DNA of 20,000 nt from a bacterium. Its GTDB lineage: Bacteria > J088 > JAWLBW01. The DNA is taken from contig JAWLHK010000011.1 in NCBI GenBank assembly GCA_041690355.1, positions 121,121 to 141,120 on the forward strand. Direction: 5' to 3'. A program made the translations under genes and the position numbers. Positions 9,131-18,738 of this stretch are shown piece by piece. The first letter of the stretch is position 1; each line of letters begins with the position of its first letter. The notes below the pieces were generated by a model. It saw only the letters and a program-made list of their open reading frames with translations, was not told the DNA's origin and ran no database searches.

Positions 9131-9514
9131 TCAGGAGGGCTGATTGAGCGGCGACGCCAGCTGGCTCCGGACCGCCGCGAGCAGCTCGCGATTGTGAAAG
9201 GGCTTGGCGAGGTAGTGGACGTGGTGGGGAAAACGGCTCTCTCCGACCCGGTCCAGGGCCGTCAGGAGCAGCACGCGGGCGCTGGGGTGCCGCTGCGACA
9301 GTTCGGGAAGAAAGGCGATGCCGTTGCCATCGGGGAGCAGAAAGTCGAGCAGCACGAGCTCGGGAGCACTCTGCAACAGCCGCGCCTCCCGCAGCGTACC
9401 GGCGACTTCGACGGCATACCCCTCGTCTTCGAGCAGCATACGCAGGCATTGCGCGATGGACTCGTCGTCCTCGATCACCCAGAGACTACGGCGCCCGGTA
9501 ACCCGTTCTTCCAT
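9131..9514 (-). CDS. Single-domain response regulator (receiver only)
   Basis: VIEDD, VLLDFLLPDGNG, LLTA, YLAKPF. RBS GGAGAGG before the ATG. Confidence 0.88.
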   Translation of the reverse strand: MEERVTGRRSLWVIEDDESIAQCLRMLLEDEGYAVEVAGTLREARLLQSAPELVLLDFLLPDGNGIAFLPELSQRHPSARVLLLTALDRVGESRFPHHVHYLAKPFHNRELLAAVRSQLASPLNQPS

Positions 9515-9550
9515 GGTCCTCTCCCTAACCGGACGACTCCGGTCAGGGAA

Positions 9551-9580
9551 ACACTACCATGGCGCTTCCAAAATCGTCAA
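9551..9580 (-). promoter_or_regulatory. Putative sigma70 promoter for the response regulator (and possibly the pheA run)
   Basis: Minus strand TTGACG (9580-9575), 18 nt, TAGTGT (9556-9551) with a preceding TGn. Confidence 0.45.
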
Positions 9581-9613
9581 GAAGTATTACACAAAAAAGA
9601 AATGGCTAAGAAG

Positions 9614-9629
9614 TGTGACCGGCGTCACA
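9614..9629. promoter_or_regulatory. CRP-family-type palindromic box
   Basis: TGTGA-CCGGCG-TCACA is an exact TGTGA-N6-TCACA core, located in a divergent intergenic region. Confidence 0.55.
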
Positions 9630-9733
9630 GGCTTGCCGATCCGACACAAATGTCCCAATCTTATCGCTGGGTTGCCCGGGCTGCCCTGGCCGTGGTAAAA
9701 GGGATTGTACTGTCAGAAAGGCAGCGCCCGTCC

Positions 9734-11488
9734 ATGCCCATACAGCTCACCCACGGCTCCCTGAACGACGACTCCATTCTCGCCGTCATGGCGACGGCTC
9801 AGCTGAGCCGGATCACCGGCACGCTGAACCTGCATCGCGATCAGGCGGTCAAGAACATATTCTTCCGCAACGGGCAGGTCGTCGGCGCCCGTTCGAACCA
9901 GCTCAGCGAATCGCTGGGGCGCCTTCTGGTCGCGTGGGGGCTCATCTCCCGCGACCATTACGTGGCCTCACTCGAGCGCATGGATCAGGGAAAGGAGAAG
10001 CACGGGCAGATTCTCGTATCGATGGGCGCGCTGAACGAGGCGGCCATCCCCGAGGCGCTCGTGCGCCAGCACCGCACCCGGCTCATCGACGCCGCCTCGT
10101 GGAGCGCCGGCCGCTATGACTTCGCGCTCGGCGACGTCCCCGGCGGCGACAAGCCGTTCGATCTCTGGCCGGTGTTTCAGGAGGCGCTGTACCGCCGCTA
10201 CGGCAAGGCCGGTACCGAAGAGCTGGCCCGCAAACAGCGTAACGCCGTCCCCCGAAGAACGGGCGGCCTGCTCGAGGCGTTCATTCTCAACATCCCCGAC
10301 GCCGCCAAGGCCTACGACCGCATCGACAGCCGCAAGACGGTGGCCGAGCTGGCGCCGTCCGGGATCAGTCCGCTCGTCTTCTTTCTGCAGTTGCTGGTGC
10401 TCGAGGAGCTCGGGCTGGCCGCCATGCGCGAGCTGACGGACGAAGAGCAGCTCGAACGCTACTTCCGCAGGGCCCGCGAGCTTTCACCGGCCGAGTTGCT
10501 CGGCCTCGCGCCGGGGGCGTCCCCCGAAGACGTCTCCTCGGCGGCAGGCGCGCTGAAGCTGCGGTTTCCGCCCGAGCGCTACGTCGCCTCCCGCTTTTAC
10601 CAGCCGCTGATCGACCTGATCGACAGCGCAACCCACGTGCTTGCCCGGGGGGTCTCCGATCGCAGCACGCCCGCCGGAGAATTTTCGCCCCAGGCCGAGC
10701 GCGCGTTTCAGCACGGCAAGGACTACCTTGCGAAACGTCAGCTCCCCTTCGCCGCGCAGAAATTCGAAGAAGCGATCTTCTTCGCCCCGGATGCCGTCGA
10801 ACTCAAGGGCTACTTCGCATGGACGCGGTTTCTGCAGGCTCCGCGTGACGAGGCGGCCCTGCGCCATGCAGAAGAAAGCCTGCGCGTCGCCGTGGCGGCC
10901 GATCCCGACGACGCCGATCTGCAGGCCTTTCTGGGCGCGAGCCTGAAGCTGCAGGGCCGTCTGGTCGAGAGCGAGGCGGCGCTGCTGCGCGCGCTTGAAC
11001 TCGCACCCGAGCACGCGTTTGCCCGGCGCGAGCTCGAGAGCCTGCACATGCGCAAGCAGCACGAGCAGCACCACAACCTGCCCGTGGCTTCGATCGACGC
11101 CGACGCGCGCATCATCGTACAGCGCTGGATCGGCGGCCATACGGTCGTGAACAACTTCTACAAGGACGAGGTACGCGTCGGCAGCGGACCGAGCGACGAT
11201 CTGGCCGTCAGCGCCGACGTTCTTCCGCAGATCGTAAAGACCCACTGCATCCTGTCGCGCAAGGGGACGAAACTCCATGTCGCCCGCACCGGCTCATCCG
11301 GCATCGTGAGCGTGAACGGCCGGGCGCTGCAGGTGCGCGAAGAGGTCGAGGTCGCCTCCATCGACACGATTACGCTGGGGGAACCGGACGCGGGTCCGGT
11401 GTTGCAACTGCGCGTGCTCGATCAAGGCTTTCTCTCCCGCCTCCAGTCGGTGCGCCAGCGTTCCGCCGGCGATTTCTGGGTGGGCTGA
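9734..11488 (+). CDS. Multidomain protein: DUF4388-like N-terminus, degenerate J-like domain, TPR repeats, FHA-like C-terminus (584 aa)
   Basis: GSL...ITGTLNL...KNIFFRNGQVVGARSN..ESLGRLLV..GLI...HGQILVSMG...SWSAGRYDF (DUF4388-like); ELLGLAPGASPEDV...LRFPPERY (J-like); TPR-like helices (AFLGASLKLQGRLVESEAALLRALELAPEH); FHA-like EVRVGSGPSDDLAV...HCIL...VSVNG...DTITLG. The start at ATG 9734 is inferred from the domain start. Confidence 0.75.
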   Translation: MPIQLTHGSLNDDSILAVMATAQLSRITGTLNLHRDQAVKNIFFRNGQVVGARSNQLSESLGRLLVAWGLISRDHYVASLERMDQGKEKHGQILVSMGALNEAAIPEALVRQHRTRLIDAASWSAGRYDFALGDVPGGDKPFDLWPVFQEALYRRYGKAGTEELARKQRNAVPRRTGGLLEAFILNIPDAAKAYDRIDSRKTVAELAPSGISPLVFFLQLLVLEELGLAAMRELTDEEQLERYFRRARELSPAELLGLAPGASPEDVSSAAGALKLRFPPERYVASRFYQPLIDLIDSATHVLARGVSDRSTPAGEFSPQAERAFQHGKDYLAKRQLPFAAQKFEEAIFFAPDAVELKGYFAWTRFLQAPRDEAALRHAEESLRVAVAADPDDADLQAFLGASLKLQGRLVESEAALLRALELAPEHAFARRELESLHMRKQHEQHHNLPVASIDADARIIVQRWIGGHTVVNNFYKDEVRVGSGPSDDLAVSADVLPQIVKTHCILSRKGTKLHVARTGSSGIVSVNGRALQVREEVEVASIDTITLGEPDAGPVLQLRVLDQGFLSRLQSVRQRSAGDFWVG

Positions 11489-11510
11489 GCGCGCTTCGCG
11501 ACGCTCAGCC
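11483..11510. terminator. GC-rich hairpin between convergent genes (no U-tract)
   Basis: 9-bp stem GGCTGAGCG/CGCTCAGCC plus inner CGC-TTC-GCG. It overlaps the stop codon at 11486-11488. Confidence 0.4.
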
Positions 11511-11541
11511 AATGCCCGATGCCCGATGGCCAATGCTCAAT
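11511..11541. repeat. Degenerate heptamer tandem repeat
   Basis: AATGCCC GATGCCC GATGGCC AATGCTC AAT. Confidence 0.6.
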
Positions 11542-11670
11542 CGAAGCGGCAGGAGGACGGCGGCACGCGCATACGACGCCCTCACGCTGTCGCGCGGAGT
11601 TTCCCCTGACGAATGGAAGGGCTCTGCTTCGCGCCGTCGGCTCAGGACGAACGGTGTTTCCGCGTGCCGG

Positions 11671-11698
11671 CGTCCGACGTCAGACGTCCGAGGACCGG
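11671..11698. repeat. Degenerate heptamer tandem repeat
   Basis: CGTCCGA CGTCAGA CGTCCGA GGACCGG. Confidence 0.55.
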
Positions 11699-11699
11699 C

Positions 11700-12221
11700 T
11701 CAGCCGGTGACGAGCGGGCCCGTCCACGCGTCCAGGCCGCCGGTCAGCGAGCGCACATTGCGCATGCCGTAGGCGCGGAAGTGCGAGGCGCGCTCGAGGC
11801 TGCGGGCTCCGTCGTTGGAGTAGCAGACGACGGCGGTATCCTTGGGCCATTCGTCGAGGACCTCGAAGGAGAGCGCCGGGGTCACCAGCTGCGCGCCCGC
11901 GAGATGCCCGGCCGCGAATTCCTCGGGGGTCCGCGTGTCGAGCAGGCGCACCTCGATGCCGTTGGCGAGCATGTCGGCCAGCTCGGCGGCGGTCACGTGC
12001 AGCGCCGACTCCACCTTCTCGCTCGCGCGGACGGCTTCGATCATCTCGTCGATCGTCGCCTGCACGTTGTGTTTTGCGCGCACCTGTTCGAGCGTCTCGT
12101 CGAGCTCGTAGCCGCAGGCCTTGCAGCCGCCGATATGGTACTTCTGGAAGAGGCCGACCTTCGCCGCCGGATAGGCCGCGAGAATCTCGCCCATCTTCGT
12201 TTCTGCGGTGATCTGCTGCAT
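11700..12221 (-). CDS. CxxC (DUF1858-like) domain fused to a rhodanese-like domain; last gene of the suf operon (173 aa)
   Basis: N-terminal ITAETKMGEILAAYP...HIGGCKACG..DETLEQV; rhodanese motifs LLDTRTPEEFAAGHLAGA and SLTGGLDAW. RBS CAGGAGG before ATG 12221. Confidence 0.85.
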   Translation of the reverse strand: MQQITAETKMGEILAAYPAAKVGLFQKYHIGGCKACGYELDETLEQVRAKHNVQATIDEMIEAVRASEKVESALHVTAAELADMLANGIEVRLLDTRTPEEFAAGHLAGAQLVTPALSFEVLDEWPKDTAVVCYSNDGARSLERASHFRAYGMRNVRSLTGGLDAWTGPLVTG

Positions 12222-12235
12222 CGCCGCCTCCTGCC

Positions 12236-12778
12236 TCACATGCCCAGCTGCAGGCGGGCCGCCTCGGTCATCATGCTCTGATCCCACTGCGGCTCCCAGA
12301 CGACCTCGACGTCGACCTCGCGCACGTCGGGGAGCGCGAGCAGCTTCTGGCGGATGTCATTGGCGAGCACGGGGCCCATGCCGCAGCCCGGCGCCGTGAG
12401 CGTGATCTTCGCTTCGATGCGCTTGCCGCCGTCAGGACGATCCTTCAGGACGCAGCTGTAGACGAGCCCCAGGTCCACGATGTTCACGGGAATCTCGGGA
12501 TCGAAGCAGGTGCGCAGCTCGTTCCACACGGCCTCCTCGAGTTCCGCGTCGGTGAGCTTGCGGCCGGCGTACCGGTTGGCCTGCACTTCCTTGCCGAGGG
12601 CGTCGGCGTCGGCTTCGTTGATGCGCACCATCCAGCCGTGTTCGGTCACGACGGTATAACTTCCGCCGAGGGCCTGCGTGATGCGCACGCGTGTCCCCTC
12701 TTCGAGCCAGACCTGATCGCCGCTCGGGATCTGGACGGCCTCGGCGCCGCGCTTCAGGATTACTTCTTCTCCACGCAT
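12236..12778 (-). CDS. sufT: Fe-S cluster assembly protein SufT (DUF59)
   Basis: AVQIPSG...ITQALGGSYTV N-domain, CFDPEIPVNIVDLGLVY, TLTAPGCGMG, VVWEPQW..MMTEAARLQLGM. RBS GAGGAAAG before ATG 12778. Confidence 0.92.
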   Translation of the reverse strand: MRGEEVILKRGAEAVQIPSGDQVWLEEGTRVRITQALGGSYTVVTEHGWMVRINEADADALGKEVQANRYAGRKLTDAELEEAVWNELRTCFDPEIPVNIVDLGLVYSCVLKDRPDGGKRIEAKITLTAPGCGMGPVLANDIRQKLLALPDVREVDVEVVWEPQWDQSMMTEAARLQLGM

Positions 12779-12788
12779 ACTTCTTTCC

Positions 12789-13238
12789 TCACTCGGTGCT
12801 GACGACCTTGGCTGCGTCCTGCTCGAGGCCGGCGCGCATCGTGCGCCAGGCCAGGTTCGCGCACTTGACGCGTGACGGATATTCCTTGACCCCTTCGAAG
12901 ACTGCAAGCTTGCCCATCCCCTTCGGATCGGGCGCCTCCCCTTCTCCGGTCACGAGACGGTGAAAGGCGTCGATCATACGCTCGGCCTCTTCCACCGATT
13001 TCCCCTTGAGCGCGTCGGTCATGAGCGAGGCCGAGGCGGTCGAGATGGCGCAGCCGGCCCCTTCCCACGCGACGTCGGATACCTTGCCGTCGGTCACGCA
13101 GACGAACAGCGCCAGCTTGTCGCCGCAGAGCGGATTGTGCCCGACCACCGGAGAGACCCCTTCGATGCGGCGGAAGTTGCGCGGCCGCTTCGAGTGGTCG
13201 ATGATGAGTTCCTGATAAAGATCCTGCAGATCGGACAT
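12789..13238 (-). CDS. sufU: SUF-system NifU-family sulfur-transfer protein SufU
   Basis: LYQELIIDHSKRPRNF, GHNPLCGD, GCAISTASASLM, YPSRVKCA. Confidence 0.93.
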   Translation of the reverse strand: MSDLQDLYQELIIDHSKRPRNFRRIEGVSPVVGHNPLCGDKLALFVCVTDGKVSDVAWEGAGCAISTASASLMTDALKGKSVEEAERMIDAFHRLVTGEGEAPDPKGMGKLAVFEGVKEYPSRVKCANLAWRTMRAGLEQDAAKVVSTE

Positions 13239-14494
13239 CAGCCGAACATCTCCTGCGCCTTGCGAAGGGCCGCGACGAGCGCGTCGATATCGGCGCGCGT
13301 ATTGTAGAAAGCGAGCGAGGCGCGCGCCGTGGCCGGCACGCCGAAGCGCTCCATGACCGGCTGCGCACAGTGGTGCCCCGTGCGGATGGCGACCCCATCG
13401 CGATCGAGGACGGTCCCCAGATCGTGCGGATGGATCCCCTCGATGACGAAGGAGAGGACGCCCGTCTTCTCCGGCGCGGTGCCGATGAGGCGCAGGCCGG
13501 GAATCTCCTGCAGGCGCCGCGTTCCGTACTCGAGCACGTCATGCTCGTGCGCGAAGAGCGCGTCGAGATCGAGTCCGTTCAGGTAGTCGACGGCCGCCCC
13601 GAAACCGATGACCCCTTCGATGTGCGGCGTGCCCGCCTCGAACTTGTAGGGGAGCTCGTTGTAGGTCGTCTTCTCGAACGTCACGGAGAGAATCATGTCT
13701 CCCCCGCCCTGCCACGGCGGCATGGCCTCCAACAGCTTCCGCTTGCCGTAGAGGAAACCGACGCCGGTCGGGCCGAACAGCTTGTGCGCCGAAACCGCGT
13801 AGAAATCGACGTCGAGCTCCTGCACGTTCACGCGCACGTGCGGCGCGGCCTGGGCGCCGTCGACGACGATGACCGCCCCCGCCTTGTGGGCGAGCTCGGC
13901 CATGCGCCGGATCGGATTGATCGTGCCGAGCGCGTTGGAGACGTGATTGACGGCGACGATGCGCGTGCGGGGCCCGAGCAGGGCCTCGTAGGCGGCCATG
14001 TCGAGCGCCCCGTGGTCGTCGATGGGGACGACCCGCAACGTGGCCCCCTTGGACTCGCACAGCATCTGCCAGGGAACGATGTTCGAGTGGTGCTCGAGGC
14101 CCGTGATGACGACCTCGTCGCCCGGGCCTACGTTGACGCGTCCGTAGGTCTGCGCGACCAGGTTCAGCGCCTCGGTGGCACCGCGCACGAAGATGATTTC
14201 CGCGGAATCGGCGGCGCCGAAGAAGGCGCGCAGCTTCTCGCGGGCCTGCTCATAGTGCTTGGTGGAACGTTCGCTGAGGGCGTGCACGCCGCGATGGATG
14301 TTGGCGTTGTCCTCTTCATAGTAACGGCGGACGGCGTCGATGACCGCGCGCGGCTTCTGCGTCGTGGCGGCGTTGTCCAGATAGATAAGCGGCTTCCCGT
14401 GGACCTTCTGTTGAAGGATGGGGAAGTCGGCGCGCACCTGGGCGACGTAGCTGTCGATGTCGGCCGCGCGCGCAGCGGATGCGGAAGTACTCAC
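13238..14494 (-). CDS. sufS: Group II cysteine desulfurase SufS
   Basis: YLDNAATTQKP, ANIHRGVH, EHHSNIVPWQ, SAHKLFGPTG, FEAGTP, RTGHHCA. GTG at 14494 overlaps the sufD stop (GTGA). Confidence 0.95.
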   Translation of the reverse strand: MSTSASAARAADIDSYVAQVRADFPILQQKVHGKPLIYLDNAATTQKPRAVIDAVRRYYEEDNANIHRGVHALSERSTKHYEQAREKLRAFFGAADSAEIIFVRGATEALNLVAQTYGRVNVGPGDEVVITGLEHHSNIVPWQMLCESKGATLRVVPIDDHGALDMAAYEALLGPRTRIVAVNHVSNALGTINPIRRMAELAHKAGAVIVVDGAQAAPHVRVNVQELDVDFYAVSAHKLFGPTGVGFLYGKRKLLEAMPPWQGGGDMILSVTFEKTTYNELPYKFEAGTPHIEGVIGFGAAVDYLNGLDLDALFAHEHDVLEYGTRRLQEIPGLRLIGTAPEKTGVLSFVIEGIHPHDLGTVLDRDGVAIRTGHHCAQPVMERFGVPATARASLAFYNTRADIDALVAALRKAQEMFG

Positions 14495-15810
14495 GTTTGC
14501 GATTCTCCGGTAGACGGCAGCCACCCGCGCACGAGCTCTTCGAGGCCGGCGCGCAGCGGTTCTGCTTCAATACGTTCGATCAGGTCGACGGCGAAGGCGT
14601 AGGTGAGCAGGCCGCGCGCTGCCGCTTCGGACACGCCGCGGCTGCGCAGATAGAACACCGCCGTTTCGTCGAGCTGGCCAACGGTCGTGCCGTGCGAACA
14701 CTTCACGTCGTCGGCGTAGATTTCGAGCTGCGGCTTCGCGTTGATGGTGGCGTCGCGCGAAAGAAGCAGGTTGTGGTTTTCCTGCTCGGCGTTCGTCTTC
14801 TGGGCATCCTGGGGAACCAGCACGCGGCCGTTGAACACGCCGGTCGATTTTCCCGCCAGCACTCCCTTGTACAGTTCGTGGCTCTGGCAGTTCGGTACGG
14901 CATGCACGACCGTCGTGTGGTTGTCGACATGCTGTTCGCCCGCCGTCAGGTAGAGACCGTCGAGCCAGCATTCGGCCCCCTCGCCGGCCAGGCGGATCAT
15001 CGCGTCGTTGCGCACGAGGCGTCCCCCGAGCGTGTAGACGCCGCCGCGGAAACGGCTGTCGCGCTCCTGATGGACGCGCAGCTGCGAAACCTGATGGGCC
15101 CCGGCACCCTCACGCTGAATGCGCACGTGGGTCAGCGCGGCGTTCTCGCCGACGCGCACGTCGGTGACCGCGTTGGTGAACGTCACGGCGCCGGGAGCAG
15201 TGGAAACGAAGTGCTCGACGATCGTCGCCCGACTTCCGCGGCCGGCGGACACGAGAATGCGCGGATGGGCCATCGCCCGATCGGCGCCGACATGCAGGAG
15301 CACAATCGGTTCGGCCACGTCGGCGTCGGCGGCGATGTCGATGAAAACGCCGTCCTGGAGGAAGGCCTCATTCAGCGCCCCCAAAGCATTCTCTTCCGCT
15401 TCCTGCAGCAGGCGGGCCGCGGGACCCGACGCGTCGGCCAGGGCCTCGGCAAGCGGCATCACGCGGACGCCGGCGCCGGCCGGGGGAAAGGTGGAAAGGG
15501 AGGGTTCAACCCATCCGCCCGCAAAGACGATGCGGTACTTCGCCCAGGCGCCGAAGCTCAACCGATCCGCCTCGGCAGCGGAGATCAGGCCGGCGCCACC
15601 GTCCCGCAGCGTCCACGTCTCGCGGGTGACGGGGAGCAGCGAGGTGTACTTCCAGTCTTCCTGCCGCGGCGTCGGAACGCCGAGATCGGCAAACCGACGA
15701 CGCCCGGCTTCACGCACTTCAGCCGCGAACGGAGACGGCGCGGGGCGGGCGGCCGCAAACTGTTCCGCCTCGGCGAGAAAGGGAACGTTGGTGGTCGTCA
15801 CGGTCGTCAC
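14491..15810 (-). CDS. sufD: Fe-S cluster assembly protein SufD
   Basis: PTPRQEDWKYT, GVFNGRVLV..DAQKT, KPQLEIYADDVKCSHG, FYLRSRG. Confidence 0.95.
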   Translation of the reverse strand: MTTVTTTNVPFLAEAEQFAAARPAPSPFAAEVREAGRRRFADLGVPTPRQEDWKYTSLLPVTRETWTLRDGGAGLISAAEADRLSFGAWAKYRIVFAGGWVEPSLSTFPPAGAGVRVMPLAEALADASGPAARLLQEAEENALGALNEAFLQDGVFIDIAADADVAEPIVLLHVGADRAMAHPRILVSAGRGSRATIVEHFVSTAPGAVTFTNAVTDVRVGENAALTHVRIQREGAGAHQVSQLRVHQERDSRFRGGVYTLGGRLVRNDAMIRLAGEGAECWLDGLYLTAGEQHVDNHTTVVHAVPNCQSHELYKGVLAGKSTGVFNGRVLVPQDAQKTNAEQENHNLLLSRDATINAKPQLEIYADDVKCSHGTTVGQLDETAVFYLRSRGVSEAAARGLLTYAFAVDLIERIEAEPLRAGLEELVRGWLPSTGESQT

Positions 15811-16568
15811 CGGGTCTCCCCGGGCGGGGCAATCTCAATCCCCTGATACCCCTTTTTCTCGAGTTCGAGCGCGAGCTCCTTGCCGCCCGATTCCACGATG
15901 CGGCCGCCCATCAGCACGTGCACGAAGTCGGGCTGAATGTAGTCCAACAGGCGCTGGTAGTGGGTGATCATGACCATGGCCCGGTTCGGGGCGCGCAGGG
16001 CGTTCACCCCCTGGGCCACGACTTTGAGTGCGTCGATGTCGAGGCCGCTGTCGATCTCGTCGAGCACGGCCAGGCGCGGCTCGAGCACGGCCATCTGGAA
16101 GATTTCGTTGCGCTTCTTCTCGCCACCCGAGAACCCCTGGTTCACGAAGCGGTTGGCGAGCGCGGGATCAAGCTCGACCAGCTGCATGCGCTCCTTGGCG
16201 AGGTCGAGAAAGTCGACCGCGTCGACCTCTTCCTGCCCGCGCGCCTTGCGGATGGAATTCAGGGCCGTGCGCAGGAAGTACATGTTCGTGATGCCGGCAA
16301 TCTCCACCGGATACTGGAACGCGAGGAAGATTCCCGCCTGAGCGCGTTCTTCCGCCGGCATGGCGAGCAGATCCTTGCCATCATAGATCACTTCGCCGGC
16401 CGTGATCTCATACCCCTCGCGCCCGGCGAGCACGTTCGAGAGCGTGCTCTTGCCCGCGCCGTTGGGGCCCATGATGGCGTGCACTTCGCCCGCCTTGACC
16501 TCGAGGTCGAGCCCCTTGAGAATTTCCTTGCCGTCCACGCTGGCGTGGAGGTTCCTGATACTGAGCAT
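15807..16568 (-). CDS. sufC: Fe-S cluster assembly ATPase SufC
   Basis: GPNGAGKST, FLAFQYPVEI, GFSGGEKKRNEI, DEIDSGLDIDAL, ITHYQRLL. ATG 16568 is preferred for its spacing from GAGGA; the track start is 16577. Confidence 0.96.
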   Translation of the reverse strand: MLSIRNLHASVDGKEILKGLDLEVKAGEVHAIMGPNGAGKSTLSNVLAGREGYEITAGEVIYDGKDLLAMPAEERAQAGIFLAFQYPVEIAGITNMYFLRTALNSIRKARGQEEVDAVDFLDLAKERMQLVELDPALANRFVNQGFSGGEKKRNEIFQMAVLEPRLAVLDEIDSGLDIDALKVVAQGVNALRAPNRAMVMITHYQRLLDYIQPDFVHVLMGGRIVESGGKELALELEKKGYQGIEIAPPGETR

Positions 16569-16624
16569 GTCCTGCATTCCTCACAGACCCGCCGCAGCGG
16601 GATAATTCCTCACGAAATACTTCT

Positions 16625-18070
<1,446 letters not shown>

Positions 18071-18092
18071 GATGCTGACTCCTGACGCGGTA

Positions 18093-18120
18093 AATCAATA
18101 CCGACTATTCCGTATTGATT
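18093..18120. promoter_or_regulatory. Perfect 9-bp inverted repeat between the Rrf2 gene and sufB (RNA stem-loop or operator)
   Basis: AATCAATAC-N10-GTATTGATT. Confidence 0.6.
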
Positions 18121-18127
18121 CCGGTCG

Positions 18128-18622
18128 TTACGAATTCCGCCCCGGCACCGCGGCCGCCACATCGGCCTGGGGTCCGAGATAGGTTGCAATCCACTGGCTC
18201 ATTCCGGTTTCGGAGCGCATGAGGTCCTTGAGCGAGACCTGGCGCAGCAGCTGCTCGAGTACACGGTAGACGTTCGAGAGCGCCGAGCGGATCGAGCAGT
18301 CGGCCTGGTGAACGCAGACCTGCTCGTTGCCGGTGAACTTCGAACAGTGATCCTCGGTGTAGGCCTGGCCGCCGAGGGCCGCGATGATTTCTGCGAGCGA
18401 GATCCGTTCGGACGGCCGCACGAGGGTGTAGCCGCCCTGCTGTCCGCGCGTGCTGTCGACGAGGCCCGCTTCGCGCAGGATGCGCATGAGCTTGCCGACA
18501 TAGGCCACGCTGAGCCCCTCCTGCCGCGCGATCTCGGGGATCGTCATGGCGCCCTGGTCTTCGTGGCGCGCCATCTGCAGCAGGCACCGCAATCCGTATT
18601 CTTCCTGGGCCGTGAATCGCAT
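18128..18622 (-). CDS. Rrf2-family (IscR/SufR-like) transcriptional regulator
   Basis: EEYGLRCLLQMA, HTH TIPEIARQEGLSVAYVGKLMRILREAGLVDSTRGQQGGYTL, and three C-terminal Cys (HCSKFTGNEQVCVHQADC). First gene of the suf operon. Confidence 0.92.
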   Translation of the reverse strand: MRFTAQEEYGLRCLLQMARHEDQGAMTIPEIARQEGLSVAYVGKLMRILREAGLVDSTRGQQGGYTLVRPSERISLAEIIAALGGQAYTEDHCSKFTGNEQVCVHQADCSIRSALSNVYRVLEQLLRQVSLKDLMRSETGMSQWIATYLGPQADVAAAVPGRNS

Positions 18623-18671
18623 GAAATTTCCGGGGGATAGATACGTTCACGCGTGTCCTTTCCCTGCGGAT

Positions 18672-18704
18672 ATGGTACCCAATCTGTACTAGTTCGTCAA
18701 GATT
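18672..18704 (-). promoter_or_regulatory. Sigma70 promoter of the suf operon with overlapping imperfect palindrome (candidate Rrf2 operator)
   Basis: Minus strand TTGACG (18700-18695), 17 nt, TACCAT (18677-18672). Dyad AATCT-N14-AGATT at 18681-18704. Confidence 0.65.
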
Positions 18705-18738
18705 CACTGGCGTACAAGCGGCGTCCACTTGAGCGCCG

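Noticed and set aside
8360-9733. N-terminal ~458 aa of the 1042-aa ORF
   Set aside because: This part is antisense to pheA and the response regulator and crosses a promoter region. Recognisable domains begin only at ATG 9734.
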